64,000 nucleotides of DNA. It comes from Anolis carolinensis. Taxonomy: Eukaryota. The stretch is taken from assembly GCF_035594765.1 (NCBI RefSeq), contig NW_026943818.1:32919559-32983558 (forward strand). Reading direction: 5' to 3'. A program made the translations under genes and the position numbers. This document shows, piece after piece, positions 27,410-47,550 of this stretch. Every line of letters begins with the position of its first letter. The first letter of the stretch is position 1. The notes beneath the pieces were generated by a model that made no database searches, was not told the origin of the DNA, and was given only the letters and a program-made list of their open reading frames with translations.

Positions 27410-29090
27410 AGGGACACTTCACCCAACACCTAGAAACAACCAGTCCAGTGACATCACAGAGGGCCACTCCACCTAGAAACAACCAAACGAGTGACGTCAC
27501 AGAGGGCCACTCCACCCACAACAGACAAAAACAGCAACATCACAGAGGGCCACTTCACCTAGCCACTACCAAACCAGTCACATCATACTGAGCCACTTCA
27601 CCTAGCAACTACCAAATGAGTGACACCACAGAGGGCCACTTCACCTAGCAGCAACCAAATGAGTGACATCACAGAGGGCCACTCCACCTAGCAGCAACCA
27701 AACCGGTGACATCGCAGAGGGCCACTCCACCTAGCAGCAACCAAACCGGTGACATCGCAGAGGGACACTTCACCTAGCAGCAACCAAACCGGTGACATCA
27801 CAGAGGGCCACTCCACCTAGCAGCAACCAAACCGGTGACATCGCAGAGGGACACTTCACCTAGCAGCAACCAAACCGGTGACATCACAGAGGGCCACTCC
27901 ACCTAGCAGCAACCAAACCGGTGACATCGCAGAGGGCCACTCCACCTAGCAGCAACCAAACCGGTGACATCGCAGAGGGACACTTCACCTAGCAGCAACC
28001 AAACCGGTGACATCACAGAGGGCCACTCCACCTAGCAGCAACCAAACCGGTGACATCGCAGAGGGACACTTCACCTAGCAGCAACCAAACCGGTGACATC
28101 ACAGAGGGCCACTCCACCTAGCAGCAACCAAACCGGTGACATCACAGAGGGCCACTCCACCTAGCAGCAACCAAACCGGTGACATCGCAGAGGGCCACTC
28201 CACCTAGCAGCAACCAAACCGGTGACATCGCAGAGGGACACTTCACCTAGCAGCAACCAAACCGGTGACATCGCAGAGGGCCACTCCACCTAGCAGCAAC
28301 CAAACCGGTGACATCACAGAGGGCCACTCCACCTAGCAGCAACCAAACCGGTGACATCGCAGAGGGCCACTCCACCTAGCAGCAACCAAACCGGTGACAT
28401 CGCAGAGGGACACTTCACCTAGCAGCAACCAAATGAGTGACATCACAGAGGGCCACTCCACCTAGCAGCAACCAAACCAGTGACATTGCAGAGGGACACT
28501 CCACCTAGCAGCAACCAAACCAATGACATCGCAGAGGGACACTCCACCTAGCAGCAACCAAACTGGTGACATCGCAGAGGGACACTCCACCTAGCAGCAA
28601 CCAAACCAATGACATCGCAGAGGGACACTCCACCTAGCAGCAACCAAACCAATGACATCGCAGAGGGACACTCCACCTAGCAGCAACCAAACCAATGACA
28701 TCGCAGAGGGACACTTCACCTCGCAACAGACAAACCAGCGGCATCACAGAGGGACACTTCACCTAGCAATCGCCAACCCAGCACTGTCACAGAGCCACAG
28801 CTAGACCAGTGACATTGCAGAGGGCCACTTCACCCAGCCATCACCAACCTGGCGCCGTTACAGAGCCACAGACCAGTGACATTGCAGAGGGCCACTTCAC
28901 CTAGCAACAGACAAACCAGCGGCGTCACGGAGGGACACTTCACCTAGCAGTCACCAACCTGGCGACATTACAGAGCACGAGCCAGACCGGTGACCTCACA
29001 GAGGGCCACTCCACCTAACATGGTGCTACAAAGGGACACTTCACCCAACGACAGCCGAACCAGTGACAGCACAGAGGGCCACTTCACCTA
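27410..29090. repeat. 39-bp minisatellite
   Basis: CAGAGGGCCACTCCACCTAGCAGCAACCAAACCGGTGACAT about 40 times; homogeneous centre, diverged edges. Confidence 0.97.
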
Positions 29091-29519
29091 TTAACAGGCT
29101 CCCCGTGATGCTACACTTCATCCAACGACAGCCAAACCAGAGACTAGCGATTCTGTGGGAATTCCCCCGTTCACTCCTTTCCTGGAAGCCCTGGCCCCGG
29201 AGAGTTCCGCCAGTGAACACACACACAAAAGCCCCTCCAGAATTCCCCGCCATTGTCTCCGGCCCGGCTCGGATGGAGAAGCGTCTCCGGCACTTGAGAG
29301 GCCTCGGACGCCTGTCAGTCGCCTGCCAGGGACAGACAAACTTGGAATCCCGAATCTGCTGATTCCAGAAAACGGATCTGGCGAGGAAGGACAGATCTTA
29401 TCCGTTGACTTTTTGCCTCCAAAACAAAAATTTGGGGGAAATTCGCGGAAGAGGAAGAAGAGGAGGGGAAGGGCCAGAGGGAAGGGACTTGACTCAGGCC
29501 ATACAGCGCCATACTATGA

Positions 29520-31545
29520 CATACTATACTATAACATAGTATGGTATGGTATGATGTAGTATAATATGGTTTAGTATGGTATGGTATAATGTAGTATGGT
29601 ATGATATAGTATAGTTTACTATGGTATCATATGTAGTATGATATGGTATAGTATAGTATAATTTAGTATGGTATCATATAGTATAGGGTATAGTATAGTA
29701 TAATTTAGTATGGTATGGTATGGTATGGTGTAGTATGGTATGATGTGGTATGGTATAGTATTGTATAGTTTGCTATGATATCATATAGTGTAGTGTGATG
29801 TAGTATAGTAAGGTATGGTATAGTAAAGTATAATTTAGTATGGTATAATATTGTATTGTTCACTATGATATCATATAGTATAGTATGATGTAGTATGGTA
29901 TAGTATTGTATAGATTAGTATGGTATCATATAGTGTAGTATGGTATAGTATACTATAATGTAGTATGGTATACTATTGTATAGTTCACTATGATATCATA
30001 TAGTATAGTATGATGTGGTATGGTATAGTATAGTATAGTTTATTATGGTATCATATAGTATAGTATAATGTAGTATGGTATACTATTGTATAGTTCACTA
30101 TGATATCATATAGTATAGTATGATGTGGTATGGTATAGTATAGTATAGTTTATTATGGTATCATATAGTATAGTATAATGTAGTATGGTATAGTATTGTA
30201 TAGTTTACTATGGTATCATGTAGTGTAATATAGTGCAGTATGGTATGGTATAGTATAGTATAGATTAGTATGGTGTCATAGTATAGTATGATGTAGTATG
30301 GTATGATGTAGTATGGTGTAGTATAGTATGGTATAATATGGTATAATATTGTATAGATTAGTATAGTATCATATAGTGTAGTATGGTATAGTATGGTATG
30401 ATGTGGTTTGGTATCATATAGTATGGTATGGTATGGTATGGTATAGTATAATGTAGTATGGTATACTATTGTATAGTTTACTATGATATCATATAGTATA
30501 GTATGATGTAGTATGGTATAGTACAGTATAGTATAATATAGATTAGTATGATGTCATATAGTATTGTATGGTATGGTGTAGTATGGTATGATGTGGTACG
30601 GTATCATATAGTATGGTATGGTATAGTATAGTATAGAATAATGTAGTATGGTATAGTATTGTATAGATTAGTATGGTATCATATAGTGTAGTACAGTATA
30701 GTATGGTACGGTATAGTATAATGTAGTATGGTATAATATTGTATAGTTTACTATGTTATCATATAGTATAGTATGATGTAGTATGGTACGGTATAGTATA
30801 GATTAGTATGGTGTCATATAGTATAGTATGGTGTAGTATGGCATAGTATGGTATGGTATAGTATAGTATGGTATGGTACGGTATAGTATTGTATAGTTTA
30901 CTATGATATCATATAGTATAGTATGATGTAGTATGGTATAGTATAATATAGTATGGTGTAGTATGGTATGGTATAGTATAGTATAATGTAGTATGGTATA
31001 GTATTGTATAGTTTACTATGATATCATATAATATAGTATAATGTAGTATGGTATAGTATAGTGTAATGTAGTATGGTATGGTATAGTATAGTATAATTTA
31101 GTATGGTATCATATAGTATAATATAGTGTGGTATGGTATGGTATGGTATCGTACAGTATAGTATAATTTAGTTTGGTATAGTATAATATAGATTAGTATG
31201 GTGTCATATAGTATAGTATGGTATAGTATAGTATGGTATGGTATGGTGTAGTATGGTATGATGTGGTATGGTATCATATAGTATAGTATAGTATAGTGTG
31301 GAATGGTATCATATAGTATGGTATGGTATAGTATGGTGCAGTATAGTATAGTATAATGTAGTATAGTGTAGTATGGTATGGTCTGATGTAGTATAGTATG
31401 GTATAATATGGTATAGTATAATTTAGTATGGTATAATATAAAATAGTTTGGTGTAGCATGGTATATGGTATAGTGCTTATAGTATAGTATGGTCTGGTAT
31501 AGTATAGTATGGTATATATAGTATACTATAGTATACTATACTATC
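29520..31545. repeat. Degenerate pentanucleotide (TAGTA/TGGTA)n immediately upstream of MADCAM1
   Basis: Direct inspection. Confidence 0.95.
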
Positions 31546-31855
31546 TTAGCAGGCCCATAGGATTATTCACGTCAGGGAAAAGCTCAGCTTGATCCCTCCC
31601 AACAGATGGCCACCCATCCACGTCTATGGTCTGGATTGGGCCCGTTTTCCAGGCAGGAAGGGGGTTGGGCTGGATGTCCTTTGGGGTCCCTTCCAGCGCT
31701 GGGATTTATTGGAGGGGGCGAGGAAGGAAGTGGAAATGGGATTGTTTTCCCGAGAACGAGGCGGCGCCGTGGATTTATTTAAGAGGCGACAGCAACTCCG
31801 TACCTTTGGCTCAGAAGGAATTCTGCCGGCGACGGAAAGACAAGAGACGTCGGGA

Positions 31856-34800
31856 ATGGCGTGGCTCGCACTCGGGATCCTGCTCGGGCTGATTTGGCGC
31901 AACGGCGGTGAGTAGAATCATCCTCGGGATAGTATCGTCTGTATTATTATGTTATGTCTGTCGTCATCGGCTCGAGTTGCTTGCCGTCCATTCGGACGTA
32001 AACACGATCCCGTAACGCCAAAATCGGACTACGTTACGTACGTCTCACACAATCGAATTGTGTTGCGTTGCGCAGGTCTCCCGACGCCCAGGCTGACCAT
32101 CCACCCCGAGGCGCCGCTGGTGGAGCGCGGGGAGTCCGTCCGGCTGACCTGCTCCATGGACTGCCCCGGCGGCAAAGTCCAGTGGGAAGGCCTGGACACC
32201 GACCTGGGCAACGTGGTCTCCAACGGCAGCCACAGCGTCCTGACCGTGGCCAAGGCCAGCGTCCACGTGGACGGAGAGAAGCGCTGCGCGGGGCAGTGCC
32301 GGAAGCGGTCCTACCAGGCCAAAGTGGACCTGCGCGTGTACGGTGAGTCCGGAGAAATCCCGTTCCGTCTCTCCTACGGGGGGAATTATCCTGAACCCTG
32401 ATTATCAGGTTTGTTGTTCTCGCCGTCTGCCGTCGAGTCGTTTCCGACCGACGGCAACGCTCAGATAGATCTGTCACGGGGTTCTTTCGCTCCGACGGGG
32501 CTCACGTTGGTCTTCCTCGGAGAACGTGTGGCTCGTCCAACCTTGGACACGTCGCACAGTCTCAGAGGAAGGCACAGAATTGCAATCCGATCCCTGTCTC
32601 CGGAACTAGGATCGAATCATGGTCTCCAGATTTGCAATCCAATCCTGGTCTCCAGATTTGAAATCCAATCCCGGTCTCCAGATTTGAAATCCAATCCCAG
32701 TGTCCAGAATTACAATCCAATCCTGATCTCCAAAACGGATTGAATCCTGGTCTCCAGAACTACAATCCAATCCTGGTCTCCAGGATTAAAATCCAATCCC
32801 GGTCTCCAGAATTACAATCCTATCCTGATCTCCAGAACGGATTGAATACTGGTCCCCAGAATTAGGATCCAATCCTGATCTCCAGAATTACAATCCAATC
32901 CTGGTCTCCTAGATTAAAATCCAATCCCGGTCTCCAGAATTACAATCCTATCCTGATCTCCAGAACGGATCGAATCCTGGTCCCCAGAACTACAATCCCA
33001 TCCTGGCCTCCAGAATTGAGATCCAATCCTGATCTCCAGAATTACAATCCCATCCTGGCCTCCAGAATTGAGATCCAATCCTGATCTCCAGAATTATAAT
33101 CCAAACCTGGTCTCCAGAACGGATCAAATCCTGGTCTCCAGAATTAAAATCCAATCCTGATCTCCAGAACGAATTGAATCTTGGTCACCAGAACTACAAT
33201 ACAATCCTTATCTCCAGAATTACAATCCAATCTTGGTCTCCAGAACAGATCGAATCCTGGTCTCCAGAACTAGGGTCCAATCCTGGTCTCCAGAATTAAA
33301 ATCCAATCCTGGTCTCCAGAATTGAGATCCAGTCCTGGTCTCCAGAATTAAAATCCAATCCTGGTCTCCAGAACTGAGATCCAATCCTGGTCTCTGGAAT
33401 TACAATCCAATCCTGGTTTCCAGAACGGATCAAATCCTGGTCTTCAGAACAGATCAAATCCTGGTCTTCAGAATTGAGATCCAAGCCTTATCTCCAGAAT
33501 TACAATCCAGTCCTGGTCTCCAGAATGGATCGAATCCCGGTCTCCAGAATTGAGGTCCAATCCTGGTCTCCAGAACTACAATCCAATCCTGGTCTCCAGA
33601 ATTAAGATTCAAACCTGGTCTCCAGAATTGAGATCCAATCCTGATCTCCAGAATTACAATCTAATCCTGATCTCCAGAACGGATCAAATCCTGGTCTCCA
33701 GAACAGATAGAATCCCGGTCTCCTGAACTGAGATCCAGTCCTGGTCTCCAGAATTACGATCCGATCCTGATCTCCAGAACGGATCGAATCCTGGTCCCCA
33801 GAACTAGGATCGAATCCTGGTCTCCTGAATTGAATACGGCGCTCCAGCTGTGTCCAAATCACAACTCCCATCCTCCTTCACAATGTCGACGGGAGCTGGA
33901 GACTCCACCACGTTTCCCAGAAGTCCCCTAATCCACGTCTCGCTCCTCAGCCTTCCCGGATACTCTGCAAGTGGAATCCCTGACGTCCGGAGAGGCGGCC
34001 CGGCTGGTCTGCTCCATGAGCCACGTCTACCCGCCCGGGGGGCTGACGCTGAGCTGGTTCCGGGGGTCCCGGAGGCTGGCGTCTGCCCCGGAGGAAGAGG
34101 AGGAGATGGGGGGCTCCCCGGAGCAGCTCTTCCTCTACCGATCCGTCCTGGAAGTCCCGACGCCGGCGGAAGGCACGTCCTACACCTGCAGGGCCACCCT
34201 GGAGGTCGGGCAGCAGGTCTTCTCCAAGGAGAAGGTGGCCAACGTCAGCCTCCGAGGTGAAGGTAGGTCATATTATCGGGGTAGGCTTATTTTGGGGGTA
34301 GGTCTTATCTTCAGGTATGTCTTATCTAGGGGGGTAGGTCTTATTTTTGGGATAAGTCTTATTTTTGGGAGTAAGTCTTATTTTCAAGGGAGTCGGTCTT
34401 ATTTTGGGGGCAGGTCTTATCGGGGTAGGTCTTATTATTGGTGTAGGTATTATTGTGGTAGGTCTTATTTTGGGGGTAGGTCTTATTTTCGGTGGGTAGG
34501 TGTTATTTTGGGAGTAGGTCTTATTTAAGTGGTAGGTCTTATTTTGGGAGTAGGTCTTATATTCAGGTAGGTCTTATCTAGGGGGTAGGTCTTATTATTG
34601 GGGTAGGTCTTATTGTGGTAGGTCTTATTTTGGGGATAGGTCTTATTTTTGGGCAGTAGGTCTTATTTTCAGTAGGTAGGTCTTATTTTGGGGGTAGGTC
34701 TTATATTCAGGTAGGTCTTATCTAGGGGGTAGGTCTTATTATTGTGGTAGGTCTTATTTTGGGATAGGTCTTATTTTTGGGGGTAGGTCTTATTTTCAGT

Positions 34801-37088
34801 AGGTAGGTGTTATTTTGGGAGTAGGTCTTATTTAATTGATAGGTGTTATTTTGGGGGGTAGGTCTTATATTCAGGTAGGTCTTATCTAGGGGTAGGTCTT
34901 ATTATTGGGGTAGGTCTTATTATTGTGGTAGTTCTTATTTTGGGGGTAGGTCTTATTTTTGGGTGATAGGTCTTATTATCAGGGGTAGGTCATATTTTTG
35001 GTGTAGGTCTTTCTTTGGGGGTAGGTCTTATTTTTCGGTAGGTCTTATTTTCAAGGTAGTAGGTCTTATTTTCGGGGTAGGTCTTATTTCGAGGTAGGTC
35101 TTATTTTCAGGGTAGGTCTTACTTTAGGATAGGTCTTATTATTGGGGTAAGTCTTATTTTGGGGCTAGGTCTTATTTTCAGGGGTAGGTCTTATTTCGAG
35201 GTAGGTCTTATTTTGGTGGTAGGTCTTATTTTCGGGTGTAGGTTTTTGAGGGGTTGCTTAACGGGAGATCTATCCACCTCCAGCTACACAGGGACCACCC
35301 ATCGTGACCTCCACCCTTGAGACAGTAAGGACAACCCTTGGGCTTCCTCCAGATCCGTCCACCACCGAGATCTCACTTGTGGCAACCACGTATGGACTTC
35401 CTCACACCACAACCACACCTACCGTAACATCGAAAACTGATAGTCCTGGTTCGACGGTGTCGAGCAGACCTCTCTCTCGCATGGTGGAGACGTGGAGTAC
35501 GTCCCCAGAACCCGAGACTCGGGGTGACCCCACCACAGCCCAGGATTCGGCGGGACCCGAGGTCACCACCAGACCTTCTCCCACGGGTGACGGTGGTCTC
35601 ACCACGGTTGGAGTCCATCTTTCCCGTGAAGCAGACCATTGCCAGCCGATCGTCCAGCTCAGTCCTTCTCAAGGAACCGTCGGCGCATCTCTAACCATCT
35701 CGTGCCACTTAGCCGGGTGTAGAGACGGTGGTGGAGTCCAGTGGGCGGAAACGCCGCTGCCGTCGTCTTACTACCGGGTAGAAGAAGCCGAGGGACGGTC
35801 CACCCTGACGGTCGAGAGGGTTGGCGCGGAACACCAAGGGGTCTATCGCTGCGTCGCACGGACCAGCCCGAAACGGGTGGCGACGGCCCGTGTCGTCGTG
35901 TCGGACGGTGAGTAAATTGGGCTTAGTTGGTGCCACTGGTAGAATCCTCTAGCATAGTAGTAAACTCACAGATTCGGGTTTTCATTCAAATCATCTAGAA
36001 GGTTTACTCTTCACTGTACATACAATCAGGATACTCAGATCCACTTCCAGGCTTGTCCTTACGATCAGATCCTCATAGAGTCACAGACAGATACTCGGAG
36101 TGAGTTACACAGGAGAGAGAAAGATGGATTGTGTTGTCAAAGGCTTTCATGGTTTTACTCTTCACCGTACGTACAATCAGGATACTCAGACTTGTCCTTA
36201 CGATCAGATCCTCACAGACAGAACAGACATATACTCAGAGTGAGTCAGACAAGAGAGAGAAAGATGGTTGTGTTGTCGAAGGCTTTCATGGCTTTACTCT
36301 TCACCGTACATACAATCAGGATACTCAGACTTGTCCTTACAATCAGATCCTCCCAGACAGATACTCGGAGTGAGTCAGACAAGAGAGAGAAAGATGGATT
36401 GTGTCGTCGAAGGCTATCATGGCTTTACTCTTCACCATACGTACAATCAGGATACTCAGACTTGTCCTTACAATCAGATCCTCACAGACAGAACAGACAG
36501 ATACTCGGAGTGAGTCAGACAAGAGAGAGAAAGATGGATTGTGTCGTCAAAGGCTTTCATGGCTTTACTCTTCACCATACATACAATCAGGATACTCAGA
36601 CTTGTCCTTACAAAGTCACATAGAAAACAGACAGATACTCGGAATGAGTCACACAGGAGAGAGAAAGATGGATTGTGTTGTTGAAGGCTTTCATGGCTTT
36701 ACTCTTCACCATACATACAATCAGGATACTCAGACTTGTCCTTATAATCAGATCCTCAGATACTCAGAGTGAGTCAGACAAGAGAGAGAAAGATGGATTG
36801 TGTCGTCGAAGGCTTTCATGGGTTGCTGTGAATTTTTCGGACTGTACGGACTGTATATAATTTATATTCGTAGTAGTATCCCCAGCTTCAAACCTATCAG
36901 GATACACATTGGTTTCGTCACGTCTAATCTTTTTGTGCTGCATGTAGCTTCACTCGGCTTCTCCTTTCTAACTTTCAGCTCCCGTCAGTCCGGACACTCT
37001 CATCTCCGTTGGAACGGCTGGGTCTCTCCTCGGACTGGTCGTCACCGGGTACGTGTCCCACCGCCTTTGCCGAAAGCGGGGTTTGTAG
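31856..37088 (+). CDS. MADCAM1: Mucosal addressin cell adhesion molecule 1, 5 exons, ~452 aa (signal, Ig1, Ig2, mucin stalk, Ig3, TM, short tail)
   Basis: Exons 31856-31907, 32076-32342, 33951-34256, 35284-35907, 36979-37088, all phase-1 junctions typical of Ig genes. Ig1 has VQWEGLDTDLG with the LDT integrin alpha4beta7-binding motif. Thr/Ser/Pro-rich stalk; AATAAA at 37360-37365. Confidence 0.9.
32620..33830. repeat. 24-bp minisatellite in MADCAM1 intron 2
   Basis: ATCCAATCCTGGTCTCCAGAATTA repeated about 50 times. Confidence 0.95.
34257..35245. repeat. GGTAGGTCTTATTTT minisatellite filling MADCAM1 intron 3
   Basis: 17-19-bp units running from the donor to near the acceptor. Confidence 0.95.
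36000..36820. repeat. ~135-bp tandem array in MADCAM1 intron 4
   Basis: GAGAGAGAAAGATGGATTGTGTYGTCRAAGGCTTTCATGG about 6 times. Confidence 0.93.
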
Positions 37089-37414
37089 GATTGTAGGAAC
37101 GTGGTATCGCTTTGCTGGGGTTTCGGAGTGGCATTTCTTCACCCCGCCCTCCGGAAACCGCAAATCCCACCGGCCGTATCCCGCAACAATTCACGGAAAC
37201 TCGGCCCTAATAACGGCATTTAGCACGATCCAACGCCACTCCGAACCCAGCGGACTGTTATTATTATTATTCGTAAAGCTCGAACCCGGGACATACAAAC
37301 GTTGTATATCAACAAGGCCCGTTTGGGCGGGACCATCAACGGGGACGACGTAGGAAGTAAATAAAAGGGTTTGACGTGAAATCCCAGACTGGTACAACGG
37401 GTATAACTGATGAG

Positions 37415-37535
37415 CAGATCAGATCCGGGGAGCGGGGTGAGCTCCCACTGTTAGCCCCAGCTTCGAAAATAAGCAAATGTGAGTAAGCAATAGGTACCGC
37501 TCCAAAGGCTTAAGGCCACATGACCTTGGAGGACA
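37415..37535 (+). mobile_element. Sauria SINE fragment
   Basis: ATCCGGGGAGCGGGGTGAGCTCCCACTGTTAGCCCCAGCTTC...AATAGGTACCGCT...GGCCACATGACCTTGGAGG resembles the recalled squamate SINE consensus. Confidence 0.6.
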
Positions 37536-37979
37536 GTTCGTCTACCTGTTCTACTACCAACCACGTTTCGAGTATCGACGAATCGATAATTAGTCATGAG
37601 AAACAAGTTACGAGGTCTCCAGCTAACCAATTTATTGACCAAATCGTATACAATTCTTTCTTATCCAACATAATAATGTATTTCTATGTACAGTTCATAA
37701 AACGTATCAAATATATACGTTGTACAATGAGGAGGCCTTTGGTATCTGCGACGGTTCGGTTCCGGGATTTCCCCGTAACGGATTCACGGTGAAAGATCGT
37801 ACAAAAATGTGTGAAAAAAAATGCGGTCGCGAAATCGTGCCCAATCGGAACGGCGCAATTTCACGACTGCCTTTTTTGGGGGCGTGTAAACCAGGAGATA
37901 TAATGTAAATGGGCTGAACGCATCTGTGAAACGAAAAATGTGTGTTCGAAAAATCTGTTTTAGTTTCGAAACAGTGAAA

Positions 37980-39100
37980 ATCGGTTCCGTTTCCCGTCCG
38001 AATTTCGAGTCTGTTCTATTTTCGGGAAGATTCGTACGGAAACGGAACTCTAAATCTCCGAATTACGAATCCCGAAATTTTCCGTTTCCAATCTCGAGGA
38101 ATCTTCCCAAAAACAAATGTTTTCGTTCCGCAACAGCCGACATCCGTTCTGTTACCGTTCCGTTTTCTGTCCGAATTTTGAGTCCGTCCCTCACTCCATC
38201 CCGTTTTCGGGAAGATTCGTACGGAAACGGAACTCCGGATCTCCGAATTACGAATCCCGAACGGCTTCCATTTCCAATCTCTGGGAATCTTCCCAAAAAT
38301 GGAAATGTTTTTGTTCTACAAAGGCAGAAATCCGTTCTGTTTTCGTTCCGAAAACATCTTCCATTCCGTCCCGTTTTTGGGAAGATCCTTACGAAAACGG
38401 AATGAAGGATCCCCGAATCACGAATCTGAAGAGTCCTCTTCGTAATATCCCAGAATCTTACTGAAAACGGAACGGGGAATCGCCCGAAATTTGGAATGAG
38501 AACAAGAGCAGATTCTTACGAAAACGGAACTCGGGATCCCTGAATCACGAATTCGTAATATCCCAGAATCTTACTGAAAACGGAACGGGGAATCGCCCGA
38601 AATTTGGAACGAAAACAAGACCAGATTCTTACGAAAACGGAACTCAGGATCCCCAAATCACGAATTCATAATATCCCGGAATCTTCAGGAAAACGGAACG
38701 GTGGATCGCCCAAAATTTGGAACAAAAACGAGAGCAGATTCTTACGAAAACAGAACTCAGGATCCCCGAATCACGAATTCGTAATATCCCAGAATCTTCA
38801 GGAAAATGGAACGGGAGATTGCCTGAAATTTGGAACGAAAATAAGAGCAGATTCTTACGAAAATGGAACTCGGATTCCCGAATCATGAATCCGAAGAGTC
38901 TTCTTCGTAATATCCCGGATTCTTCAGGAAAATGGAACGGGGGATTGCCCGAAATTTGGAACGAAAACAAGAGCAGATTCTTACGAAAACGGAACTCTGG
39001 ATTCCCTAATCACGAATCCGAAGAGTCCTCTTCGTAATATCTGAAAATGGAACGGGCGATCGCCCGAAATTCGGAACTAAAACAGAGCGGATTCCTGCCG
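37980..39100. repeat. CpG-rich ~115-125-bp array between the MADCAM1 and TMEM161A 3' ends
   Basis: GATTCTTACGAAAACGGAACTC..GATCCCCGAATCACGAAT repeated. Confidence 0.85.
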
Positions 39101-39270
39101 TTTTGCACATCCGGACCGTAAGCGGAGCCTCGCCAAAATGTAAGTGGATCGAGAAACTTCCCCGAAATAGAAGCAGAGGACAAGCTCGACCAGGACTCAA
39201 AATTCGGGTCAATCCCGAAGTCCCCAGAGTCCGTAACGGCGGAGAGGAGAGTCCGCCGGATTCGGCGGAG

Positions 39271-46987
<7,717 letters not shown>

Positions 46988-47039
46988 TTCGACGAAGATC
47001 AAGTTGCAGAAAGTTTTAAAAAATCAGATTAAAAAGAGA

Positions 47040-47300
47040 AGGTGAAATGGACATGTTTGGTCTGGTTGCTGCACGAGGAGGCGGAGCAGGGGGAAAAAAT
47101 CCCTCTTGTCCAATCAGAGCGCGCCTCTCTGCTGATTGACACCCTAACAACCAATAGCGGCGGGCAGCGTGTGCGCCATGCTTTTTGGCCCACCTGCTTC
47201 CGGGTTTCAGCCGCTCTGCTGCCCGCGGTGCATTGTGGGACTTGTAGTTCGCTGCTCCTATTAGGCTAAATCAGGGCTTTTTTAAAAAAAACCAGGGCCC

Positions 47301-47349
<49 letters not shown>

Positions 47350-47550
47350 TACAGTATTTATATTTACATTTTATGTACATTTCATAACCTCAAGGAAATT
47401 TAGGAGATATTATTATTATTATTTATTCCTAGGATGCTGACTTGGCTCATCCGCTGCTTCTGATTGGCTGGCCAGGATGCACGTTGCCATGGAAACCGCC
47501 TCTGAGTGACGGGGTGAGTTACCAGCTCTGCCCTCTAGGCGGCGCCATTG
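47040..47550. promoter_or_regulatory. TMEM161A promoter, possibly bidirectional
   Basis: CCAAT boxes at 47110 and 47151; ZNF143/THAP11-type motif ACTACAAGTCCCACAATGCA (minus, 47229-47248); RFX X-box GTTGCCATGGAAAC (47483-47496); CTCF-like CGCCTAGAGGGCAG (minus, ~47528-47541); plus-strand donor GG|GTGAGT at 47514. Confidence 0.7.

Noticed and set aside
27410-29090. CRISPR-like regular repeats here and in other arrays
   Set aside because: No unique spacers, no cas genes, vertebrate context; ordinary minisatellites.
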